This document shows positions 1 through 7,164 of a DNA stretch of 28,807 nt, in pieces; the stretch's first letter is position 1, and each line of letters begins with the position of its first letter. The notes below the pieces were generated by a model. The model worked only from the letters and a program-made list of their open reading frames with translations, had not been told where the DNA came from and did not search any database. Origin of the DNA: Planctomycetota bacterium (GTDB taxonomy: Bacteria; Planctomycetota; UBA8108; UBA1146; JAJFFE01); NCBI GenBank assembly GCA_050246115.1, contig JBFWWP010000018.1, forward strand, positions 1-28,807. Direction: 5' to 3'. The translations under genes were made by a program, and so were the position numbers.

Positions 1-68
1 CCGGAGCGGCCGAATCTGACCCAAATCGACGGCAAGATGTCGAAGTCATTCTCGGGCGACTCCTTAGG
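1..68. mobile_element. Partial copy (right arm and terminal inverted repeat) of the 190-bp MITE-like element; the rest lies before the window start
   Basis: Positions 1-66 match 23371-23436 at 63/66 nt, including the terminal GAAGT(C/T)ATTCT(C/T)GGGCGACTCCTTA. The TAA stop of the GT2 gene (64-66, minus strand) lies inside this terminal repeat. Confidence 0.5.
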
Positions 69-783
69 CCCGCAGCGAGCGACGGCGCAGGCGCCGCGAC
101 TTGCGTAGCAGCTTCACGTACGAGATGCCGAAGCGCAGGATGCGCGCCTTCGAATAGCCGTGTTTGCGCGGGACGTAGTGAAACGGGATCTCCTCCACCC
201 GGTATCCCGCTGAGTAGGCCTTGACCAAGAGCTCCTGAAGAAAGCTGAAGTCCCGATTCTCCGTCGCGATCGAACGCAGCACGTTCGCGTGATAGAGACG
301 AAACCCACTCGAGAGGTCGGCGATCGGCATGTCGAGAAACCATGCGAAGACACGATTGAGAATACGGCTCAACAGCAGTCGCGAGAGCGGCATGGTGGCG
401 CGCCCCCCGGCGACGTAGCGTGAGGCGATCAGGATCTCCGCCCGATCCCGATGGCGATACAGCGTTCCCAGGATCTGGGGTGGATGCGACAAGTCCGAAT
501 CGAGGGTGACGACGAAGCGACCGCGTGTCTGCGCGAAAGCCTCCGTGAGCGCAGCGCCATATCCGGGTTGCGTCTGCAAGATCACCCGCGCCCCGGAAGC
601 GGTGGCGCGCGCCGCAGTCTGATCGTGCGAGCCACCGTCGACGACCAAAATCTCGTGCGCGAGGCCCAGTTGCTCGCAGACCTCACGGACCTCCGCTACG
701 ACCGGCCCTACGTTCGCCTCTTCATCGAAGGTGGGAATCACCACGGAGAGATCGAGGGGCTCGGCGAGTGCCGAGGATTCCAT
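64..783 (-). CDS. GT2-family glycosyltransferase (polyprenyl-phosphate / dolichyl-phosphate sugar transferase-like)
   Basis: ORF 64..846 contains LSVVIPTFDEEANV, VVDGGSHDQT and TLDSDLSHPP, which are the GT2 DxD-type motifs. I prefer the ATG at 781-783 (MESSALAEPLDLSVVIP) over the ATG at 846; the start is uncertain. Confidence 0.8.
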   Translation of the reverse strand: MESSALAEPLDLSVVIPTFDEEANVGPVVAEVREVCEQLGLAHEILVVDGGSHDQTAARATASGARVILQTQPGYGAALTEAFAQTRGRFVVTLDSDLSHPPQILGTLYRHRDRAEILIASRYVAGGRATMPLSRLLLSRILNRVFAWFLDMPIADLSSGFRLYHANVLRSIATENRDFSFLQELLVKAYSAGYRVEEIPFHYVPRKHGYSKARILRFGISYVKLLRKSRRLRRRSLRA

Positions 784-972
784 GGCCAACGACTCGGCGT
801 CCAACGAATCTCGACTCTGGCCGGAGGCGCGGGAGACCGGGTGCATGAGGTCGCCTGACTCGCAGAAGCTCGACGTCCCGATGGAACAGAGGGCGGGACG
901 CGTGCGATCCTACCGAGGAAGCCGCGTCGTGTCAGGCGTGTTCGAACCCGACACCGGATTCGGGGCGCTGCT

Positions 973-1008
973 TTCTTGGAGGGGCCTTTCGAAAGCCCCC
1001 TCCAAGAA
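973..1008. repeat. 36-bp near-perfect palindrome (17 of 18 arm positions pair, centred on TTTCGAAA), a possible hairpin terminator or operator
   Basis: Read directly: TTTCTTGGAGGGGCCTTTCGAAAGCCCCCTCCAAGAA. It lies about 100 nt downstream of the minus-strand ABC ATPase stop, in the 270-nt gap before the GT2 gene. There is no U-tract on either side. Confidence 0.5.
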
Positions 1009-1112
1009 GAGCTCGCCTTCGGCTCCGCAATGGGCCTCGTCCCGGGACTCGTCGAGAAGCGCTCGGCCACGCTGGCCCCGTAGCCGCCGGCCGACCTCCT
1101 CGGACCGGTCCG

Positions 1113-1766
1113 TCAGTCCCGGTTCCCGGCGATGCCGAGATCGACGACACGCGCCCCACTCCCGGGTTGGTGCCCCGCGATGACGGTGATGGCCCCGCGC
1201 CCACGCTCCTCGGCCAGCACGTGCTCGATGCGCCCGCGACCCTCGGCATGCTGCGCCGCCATGGGCTCGTCGAGCAAGATCAGGGAACGCTGCGATGCCA
1301 AGGTGCGAAGCAACGCACACCGCTGCGCTTCACCGCCGGAGAGGGCGGGCGGCTTGCGGGTCAACAGGTGAGTCACCCCCAGTTCGTCGGCGAGGCGGGT
1401 GACACGCTCGGCTATCGGCTCGCCGCGTTCCCCCGAGTGCCGGGCGGCCTCGCGAGCCACCCACATCGCCTGGCGCCCTACGCTCAAGTGTGGCCAAAGC
1501 CCGAGGTCTTGAAGCAAGAGCGCCACGTCACGCTTCCACGCGGGGCACTCCGCACCCCCACCGACGAGCCGATGACCGTTCAGTTCGACGTTCCCGCGTG
1601 CGGCCGGCAGCAGCCCCGCGATGACGCCGAGCAGGGTGCTCTTGCCTGCACCATTGGGGCCCACGAGCCAAAGCTCCGCTCCCGGCTCGACCGCGAAGTC
1701 GATCGGCCCCGCTCGCAACCGGCCGCGAACCAGCCACAGGTCCCCGACGACAAGTCCCTTCGGCAT
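1113..1766 (-). CDS. ABC transporter ATP-binding protein, short form without a C-terminal regulatory domain (ThiQ/FbpC-like)
   Basis: Walker A GPNGAGKST, signature LSGGEAQR and Walker B LILLDEP are present. The start ATG at 1764-1766 overlaps the permease TGA stop by one nucleotide (TGATG on the minus strand), indicating translational coupling. Confidence 0.85.
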   Translation of the reverse strand: MPKGLVVGDLWLVRGRLRAGPIDFAVEPGAELWLVGPNGAGKSTLLGVIAGLLPAARGNVELNGHRLVGGGAECPAWKRDVALLLQDLGLWPHLSVGRQAMWVAREAARHSGERGEPIAERVTRLADELGVTHLLTRKPPALSGGEAQRCALLRTLASQRSLILLDEPMAAQHAEGRGRIEHVLAEERGRGAITVIAGHQPGSGARVVDLGIAGNRD

Positions 1767-3271
1767 CACGAGGACGACCTCCCTCTCGGGGTGAGCCAAC
1801 CAAGCAGCACGGCGACGAGCACCCCGACCGCGCCCAGTCCTACCGCCAACTGCGCCGCTTGGGCGTCGTGGCGAAAGTGGAGGAACTGATGCAGTTCCAC
1901 GATCGGCGACAGCTGCCCCGGCGGCATCAAGAGCGAAGCCACCTCGACGTCACCGAGGATCAGCACCATCACCACCAGGCCCGCGATCGTCAGAAACGGG
2001 GCGGCCAGCGGCGTGAGTACGCACCACCGGCGAGTTCGTGGCCCCAGGAGCAGTTCGGCGGCGTTCCGTTGCGACTGCGGCACCGCGTGGATCGCCCACA
2101 GCCCCAGCACCACCCCAACCCCCAGGTAACGAGCCGCCTGTCCCAGATTGAGGAGCACTGGCCCGGTCCAAGAGCGCGGGAGCCAGTGCTGCACCGTCTC
2201 GAGCAGCGCAAGCGCTCCGAGGCTACCCGGTACGAGCAGCGGGAGCGCACACGCGAGCACCACCCCACGCCGCTGAGTAAGCGCCAGTCGCCAACCCAGC
2301 CCGACGATGACGAACGCCAAAGCCGCTGCTCGGACGGCCTCGAGAGCGAGCCCCTCGGTCCAGAGCCCGAGGGTTGGCACTGGATGACCCGCGGCTCGGT
2401 GCAAGAGCGCACCCCACGGAATGGTCCACGACAGCGCAACGGTCCAGAGCCCCCCGGTCACCCATCGCGCCGCAGGCCCAGCGGGCAAGTACGCTCGCCC
2501 GCCCACCGCGGGCAGTGCCTGCGCACGACGCTCGCCGCGCACCACCGCCCACGCGATCGGCAGAGTCATCGCCGCCAACAGCCCCGTCAGCGCCCAGCCC
2601 TCGCTCGGGTCACGCGACGCAGTGAACGCGGCGAGTACGCGATCCCCGAGTGTCTCGACGCCCGCGTAGCCCGCGACTTCCCGGGCAGGTACCAGCAGCG
2701 CGAAGACCAAGAGCGTCATGCGCGCGATCGTGCCGCGCACTCGGGGGACCAGCACGCGCAACGTCCCGGCAAGGGGGGGGAACGAAGCCGTGAGCGCCTC
2801 ACGCTCCGCGCGATCGACGCCGCGGATCGCGCTCGATACACCCCAGAACACGATCGGTGCCATCTGCCAAGCCGAGAGCAAGGCGGCACCCCACACGCCG
2901 CGCACCAGGAATCCGCAGGGTCCACCGGCGAGCAGCGCGTTGGCCGCGGTCGTGAGCACCGCTGGCGGGAACAAGAAAGGGAGCAACAGGAAGGGTTCGA
3001 CGAAGTGGCGGCCGCGCACGGGGAACGCCCACAAGGAGACGGCTTCGAGCGTGCCGAGCAGCCCCGCGCCCAGCGCGGCGATCGTAGCGACCGCGAACGT
3101 ATCGACGAGAACGCGCACGACGCTGTCGGCGGACAGCCCGACGGTGGGTGCTGCCGGCGGCTCGAGGCACAGCCACCCACCGATCGGCAGATAGAACCCG
3201 AGCACCGGAATGACGAGCGGCCAGAGGCCGAGCCAGTCGCCTCGACCGCGCCCGCAGCCAAACCCCGTCAC
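1766..3271 (-). CDS. ABC importer permease, two-domain fused type (FbpB/ThiP-like)
   Basis: It is a long polytopic hydrophobic protein with two copies of the binding-protein-dependent transporter inner-membrane region (for example LAGTLRVLVPRVRGT and the GQAARYLGVGVVLGLWAI region). The N-terminal 180 aa of the ORF track entry are arginine-rich overlap junk. I place the start at the GTG at 3269-3271, which overlaps the binding-protein TGA stop (GTGA). Confidence 0.75.
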   Translation of the reverse strand: MTGFGCGRGRGDWLGLWPLVIPVLGFYLPIGGWLCLEPPAAPTVGLSADSVVRVLVDTFAVATIAALGAGLLGTLEAVSLWAFPVRGRHFVEPFLLLPFLFPPAVLTTAANALLAGGPCGFLVRGVWGAALLSAWQMAPIVFWGVSSAIRGVDRAEREALTASFPPLAGTLRVLVPRVRGTIARMTLLVFALLVPAREVAGYAGVETLGDRVLAAFTASRDPSEGWALTGLLAAMTLPIAWAVVRGERRAQALPAVGGRAYLPAGPAARWVTGGLWTVALSWTIPWGALLHRAAGHPVPTLGLWTEGLALEAVRAAALAFVIVGLGWRLALTQRRGVVLACALPLLVPGSLGALALLETVQHWLPRSWTGPVLLNLGQAARYLGVGVVLGLWAIHAVPQSQRNAAELLLGPRTRRWCVLTPLAAPFLTIAGLVVMVLILGDVEVASLLMPPGQLSPIVELHQFLHFRHDAQAAQLAVGLGAVGVLVAVLLGWLTPRGRSSS

Positions 3272-4275
3272 CGCCCCCAAACCTCGCGGAAGATCTCGAG
3301 TGCCCGCGGCAAGAGCTCTGCGGCGCGAACGTAATCGGCGGGGAACACCTTCATGCCGCGGAGCGACAGGCCCGTTGCCGGCACGGGCACGGCCGAACGC
3401 AATGGGATCTGGCGCGAGGACGAGGACGCGAGCCACTCCTCGACCTCTGGGGAAAGCAAGAAGTCGATCAACTCGCGGGCCTCTGCCGGATGCGGTCCGC
3501 CCTTGACGAGCGCCACGGTGTTGGGGATCACGACGACTCCATCCCCGTCGAGGAGCGTCCCCGAGATGGGCTCTCCCCGGCGACGCGCGACTTCGATGTC
3601 GTCGGTGTCCGTGAACCCGAGCAGCACCTCGCCCGCGACGACACGATCGCGGCTCGTCGCATTGCCGGAGACGACCTGAACTCCGAGGTCGCGCAACGCC
3701 GCGACGTAAGTCTGGAAGCGTGGCTCGCCCCAGGCCGCGAGCAAGATCGCAAAGTGGCTGCCAGTAGTCCCAAAACGTGGGTCCGCCAAACTGACGGCGC
3801 CCCGCCAACCCTCGGCAAGGATCTCGTCATGAGTCTTCGGCACGGAACCCTGCGGAACTCGGTCGAGCCGAAAGGCGAGTGCGCGGGCGCGCGCCGCGAA
3901 GCCGGTCCACAGACCTGTCGGGTCCTTGAAGTGATCGGGCACGTCGGCACTGGAGGGCGATGAATAGGGCGCGAGCAGTCCTTCGGTTCCGAGCTGGATC
4001 GTACGCAAGATCTCGTTGTTCCAGAAAACGTCACACAGCGGGCGGCGGTGTTCGCGCCGAATGCGTTCGACCAACCCCGTGGTCTTGGTCGCCTCGGTGT
4101 CGAACACCGCATCCACGCGAATGCCCGTGCGCTCGGTGAAGCGGTCGAAGACCTGGCGGCTGAAGACATTGTCCAACGCGGTGTAGACGACGACCGTGCG
4201 CGTCGGCTCCCGGTCGCCCGTGCAGCCTGCCGCCAGCAGCAAGGCGGCGAGCAGCCACCCGCGGACCGCCGTCAT
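3268..4275 (-). CDS. Periplasmic substrate-binding lipoprotein of the iron(III)/thiamine (FbpA/ThiB) ABC family
   Basis: The N-terminus [21 protein letters not shown] is a signal peptide with a lipobox (LAAGC). TVVVYTALDNVFSRQVFDRFTERTGIRVDAVFD resembles FbpA/AfuA/TbpA-type binding proteins. The ATG at 4273-4275 overlaps the upstream ATPase TGA stop (ATGA). Confidence 0.8.
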   Translation of the reverse strand: MTAVRGWLLAALLLAAGCTGDREPTRTVVVYTALDNVFSRQVFDRFTERTGIRVDAVFDTEATKTTGLVERIRREHRRPLCDVFWNNEILRTIQLGTEGLLAPYSSPSSADVPDHFKDPTGLWTGFAARARALAFRLDRVPQGSVPKTHDEILAEGWRGAVSLADPRFGTTGSHFAILLAAWGEPRFQTYVAALRDLGVQVVSGNATSRDRVVAGEVLLGFTDTDDIEVARRRGEPISGTLLDGDGVVVIPNTVALVKGGPHPAEARELIDFLLSPEVEEWLASSSSRQIPLRSAVPVPATGLSLRGMKVFPADYVRAAELLPRALEIFREVWGR

Positions 4276-4976
4276 GAGACCCGCCCTTCCCAGCAGCCAT
4301 CGACCATCACCAAGCTGCGTGCCGCGCGCGCCGCCGTCGCCGGATCGTGCGTCACCAACAAGAACGTGGTCCCTTCCTCCTGGTGAATCCGGTCGAGCAA
4401 CTCGAGCATCTCGGTGCCCGTGCGCTGGTCCAAGTTGCCCGTGGGCTCGTCGAAGATCACCAGCTTCGGCCGCTTCACGAGCGCTCTCGCAATGGCTACG
4501 CGCTGCTGCTCCCCGCCCGAGAGTTGGCCCGGTCGATGGCCGACTCGCTGCGACAGGCCCACCCGCGCCAGCATCTCTCGCGGCTCGTGGGCGGGCACGC
4601 CGCGCCGACGGTATGCGAGCGGCAGCTGAACGTTCTCGAGCGCCGTGCGATCTTTGAGCAGATGAAACGCCTGGAACACGAAACCCAGCTCCTCGTTACG
4701 GAAACGTGCTCGCTGCCGATCGGACAGGTGCTCGACCGGCTGACCGCGGTAACGATAGGTCCCAGCCGTCGGCGTATCGAGCAGGCCGATGATCTGGAGC
4801 AACGTCGACTTCCCTGAGCCGGACGGCCCGCGGATCGCGACGTACTCGCCGCTCCGGAGGTCGAGATCCACCCCCCGCAGCGCTTCGACGCGGGCTTCGC
4901 CCCGGCCGAAGCTGCGCTCGATGCCCCGCAGTTCGACCAGCGCTTCTCCCAGAGTTCTCGCATCCGACGGACTCAC
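4272..4976 (-). CDS. MacB/LolD/FtsE-type ABC ATP-binding protein
   Basis: [27 protein letters not shown], the FDEPTGNLD motif and VTHD are all present. The upstream 340 aa of ORF 4272..5987 is arginine-rich junk. I place the start at the GTG at 4974-4976, which is preceded by GGAG at a 6-nt spacing. Its stop overlaps the binding-protein start (ATGA). Confidence 0.8.
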   Translation of the reverse strand: MSPSDARTLGEALVELRGIERSFGRGEARVEALRGVDLDLRSGEYVAIRGPSGSGKSTLLQIIGLLDTPTAGTYRYRGQPVEHLSDRQRARFRNEELGFVFQAFHLLKDRTALENVQLPLAYRRRGVPAHEPREMLARVGLSQRVGHRPGQLSGGEQQRVAIARALVKRPKLVIFDEPTGNLDQRTGTEMLELLDRIHQEEGTTFLLVTHDPATAARAARSLVMVDGCWEGRVS

Positions 4977-5035
4977 GGCGCACTCCGTTCGTGTGGATCC
5001 GACTTCGCGGCGAGCGGCAACGAATTGCTCAGTAG

Positions 5036-6163
5036 TTACTGCCCGCGGGCACCCACGCGTAACACGATCCAGGGATACAGCAGGGCGATCAGCAGACCGA
5101 CGCTCACCGCCCAGCGTCCGGCCGTCGTCGAGCCATCGCCCGAAGAGACGAGGCCGAAGTTGTGGGCCAATGCACCCCCGACGACCAAGCCGGCAACGGT
5201 AACGAAAGCATCGCCATTGCCTTCGCCGGTCATGACCATTTGGCGAACTGGACACCCACCGGCGAGACAGCCCGCTAGCCCGACAAGGGCGAGAGACGCG
5301 ATACTCCAAAGCGCGTCGCCGTGGGCCGCGGGCTGGCCTTCGAGCCCGACATGCCCCTGCCCGCCGACGAACACGACCCCACCATAGGCAACGACGAGCG
5401 CACCGGCACCGACCAGCATCAGTTTCCCGCGCACGAAGACCTGGCGCGCGGCCGTGATCGCGCAGAAGCCCGTTGCAGACAACAACGCCCCCGCCACCAC
5501 CGCGATCCCGAGCGCCAACCACCAAACCGCGTGAGGAGGCCCTCCTGCATCGCCGGGGCCAGGCCCGAAAGGCAACCGCGAGAGCAAGAACAAGACGCCG
5601 ATACCCACGAACGTCAGTGGCCCGAGCCAACCGATCGGGGCCGCCACGCCCTCGGTCTTGCCGACCGAGTAGCCGCGCTTCTCGAACCCAACACCCGCGC
5701 CCACCCCGGCCACGAAACCAATCAGGCCGATCCACGCGTTCAGATCGCCACCGCCGAGCCGTTGGAGCATGCGAAACGGACAACCGAGGAACACCAAAGA
5801 ACCGACTGCCATCCAAATCCCGAAGAAGAAGCGCGCGGCCGCGTGGCTTCCCGAGCGAGCCACGAAGCCCCGCGTCGCCGCGACCCAGGCAAGCGCGCCC
5901 AATACGAGCCCGACGAGCTCGGGGCGAAAGATCTTGGGGCCGCTCCCGAACAGCCCGAGTGCGCCTGCTGTGTCGCGCAAGAAGCACGCACCACAGATAC
6001 CCATGTTGCCTGGGTTACCCGCGAGCACCAACGCACCGCAGCCCATCCCCACGACAGCTGCCGCGATCACACCGACCCCGCGAGCAGCGGCGCCAGCGGA
6101 ACGTCGAAGCAGAGGAGGCTCAGCGTTCAAGGTAGCGTACCGGCATGCGTTCCATCCCCCCAA
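5036..6163 (-). CDS. YedE/YeeE-family polytopic membrane protein (putative sulfur-compound / thiosulfate transporter)
   Basis: It is a highly hydrophobic protein of about 375 aa. Two internally repeated halves each carry a conserved-Cys motif (MGICGACFLRD and GLAGCLAGGCPVRQMVMTG), as in YeeE/TsuA. The start is uncertain: TTG at 6163, TTG at 6130 or ATG at 6046. Confidence 0.55.
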   Translation of the reverse strand: MGGWNACRYATLNAEPPLLRRSAGAAARGVGVIAAAVVGMGCGALVLAGNPGNMGICGACFLRDTAGALGLFGSGPKIFRPELVGLVLGALAWVAATRGFVARSGSHAAARFFFGIWMAVGSLVFLGCPFRMLQRLGGGDLNAWIGLIGFVAGVGAGVGFEKRGYSVGKTEGVAAPIGWLGPLTFVGIGVLFLLSRLPFGPGPGDAGGPPHAVWWLALGIAVVAGALLSATGFCAITAARQVFVRGKLMLVGAGALVVAYGGVVFVGGQGHVGLEGQPAAHGDALWSIASLALVGLAGCLAGGCPVRQMVMTGEGNGDAFVTVAGLVVGGALAHNFGLVSSGDGSTTAGRWAVSVGLLIALLYPWIVLRVGARGQ

Positions 6164-6447
6164 GTAGCGAAGTTGCTTGGCATGTCAGTGACACCCATCC
6201 AACCCGTTCGATCGTTCAACGATCCGCCGCCTGGAAAGCTTAAGGGGCGCCCCGAAGTCTGTGAAGCCTCCATCAAACGTCATCCAATTACGCTCCTCGG
6301 GCGGGGAGAGAGCTGCGTGAGCCCAGAGTGAAGCCTCCACCGCGTCCTGCTCCCCTTCCGGGGCGAGTCCTGCCGTGTCACCCATGGGATCGGACAATCG
6401 GTTACCTATGGTTCCGGAATGGACCATGAGATCACCCCACCCCCCCG

Positions 6448-6469
6448 CCCCGCCCCTCGAGGGGCGGGG
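6448..6469. repeat. Perfect 22-bp GC-rich palindrome (CCCCGCCCCTCGAGGGGCGGGG), a possible hairpin terminator between the surface-protein operon and the YeeE cluster
   Basis: Read directly: 11-bp perfect arms around CTC|GAG. It lies in the roughly 1-kb gene-poor gap, downstream of the minus-strand gene ending at 7165. Confidence 0.5.
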
Positions 6470-7164
6470 AGCGCACCTCCTCGAGCTTGGGGTCCCCTCC
6501 AACTGGGCGCTGGAACGACCATCGACTGGCCAGCGACAATTACTCCTGAGGAGCATGCCGTGTCCGCGATCGCGAGCGTTGGATGCGAGGGGCCTGCGCC
6601 CTGTCCGTGAGATCCTGGAAGGGTCCGCGGTGTCTGCGGGCGCAGACAGTCCGACGATGCACTCGGGGATGCACTTGGGTGTAGCGCTCGCGGCATCGTC
6701 TTCGGTCCCCACGGAGCGGAACGACCGCGGCACCGCCGACGGTGGCCTCGAGTGGAGACCTCGGCCCTGGACCGCCGCGACGCGGCTGCGATGCGCCCGT
6801 GAACTGCACGAGCGGTTGCGGTCGCTGGTGAGCGAGGCCCATGAACCAGAGGTCCAAGTGGACAAAGAACCAACCCACTCCCCCCGACCCCGCGACCCGG
6901 TGTCCACGGGCGCAGACACGCAGCGCGTCGAAGCACTCGCAGAGGGCCTGGTTCGCCTCGGCTACCGTCGGTCGGAAGCGGTCGGGAGAGTCGAGCACGC
7001 GCTGGCACAACTGGAAGGGAATGGCTCCGAAGCAGACGATGGTGAAGTCTTGCGCTTCGCGATCTCGTGCGCTTCGCGATCTCGCGGGGTGCGCAGCGCA
7101 TGATCGAACCACCGGGTCGGGCTCCCCTCGAGCGCGGCGCCCCAAGCTTCGCCGTCCAACTCCC

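Noticed and set aside
3-66. The reverse complement of the repeat reads TAAGGAG-N10-ATG..., a possible start of a small minus-strand gene downstream of the GT2 gene.
   Set aside because: The ATG is ATA in the second copy, no ORF of meaningful length follows in copy 2, and the sequence is part of the element's terminal inverted repeat.
1859-3334. Long + strand ORF (491 aa) antisense to the ABC permease. Similar long Arg/Pro-rich ORFs occur at 11701..13659(+), 19189..20514(+), 6540..7691(-), 20333..21463(-), 4347..4817(+), 5321..6331(+), 14895..15830(+) and 27924..28748(-).
   Set aside because: They are extremely Arg/Pro/Gly-rich low-complexity translations, each overlapping a well-supported gene in another frame. 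These are typical high-GC shadow ORFs.
4276-4330. A TPP or other riboswitch was expected upstream of the ThiB/FbpA-type binding-protein gene.
   Set aside because: The binding-protein gene's start codon overlaps the stop of the upstream ATPase (ATGA), so there is no leader. No riboswitch-like conserved structure was recognisable in the 60-nt gap upstream of the ATPase either.
6375-7103. The + strand ORF could be a ruvA gene, from its C-terminal EAVxALxxLGY-like helix pair.
   Set aside because: Only the last 45 aa resemble RuvA domain III. The N-terminal 190 aa are Pro/Arg-rich and unlike the RuvA OB or HhH domains. No ruvB is adjacent. It is treated as at most a remnant or a chance similarity.
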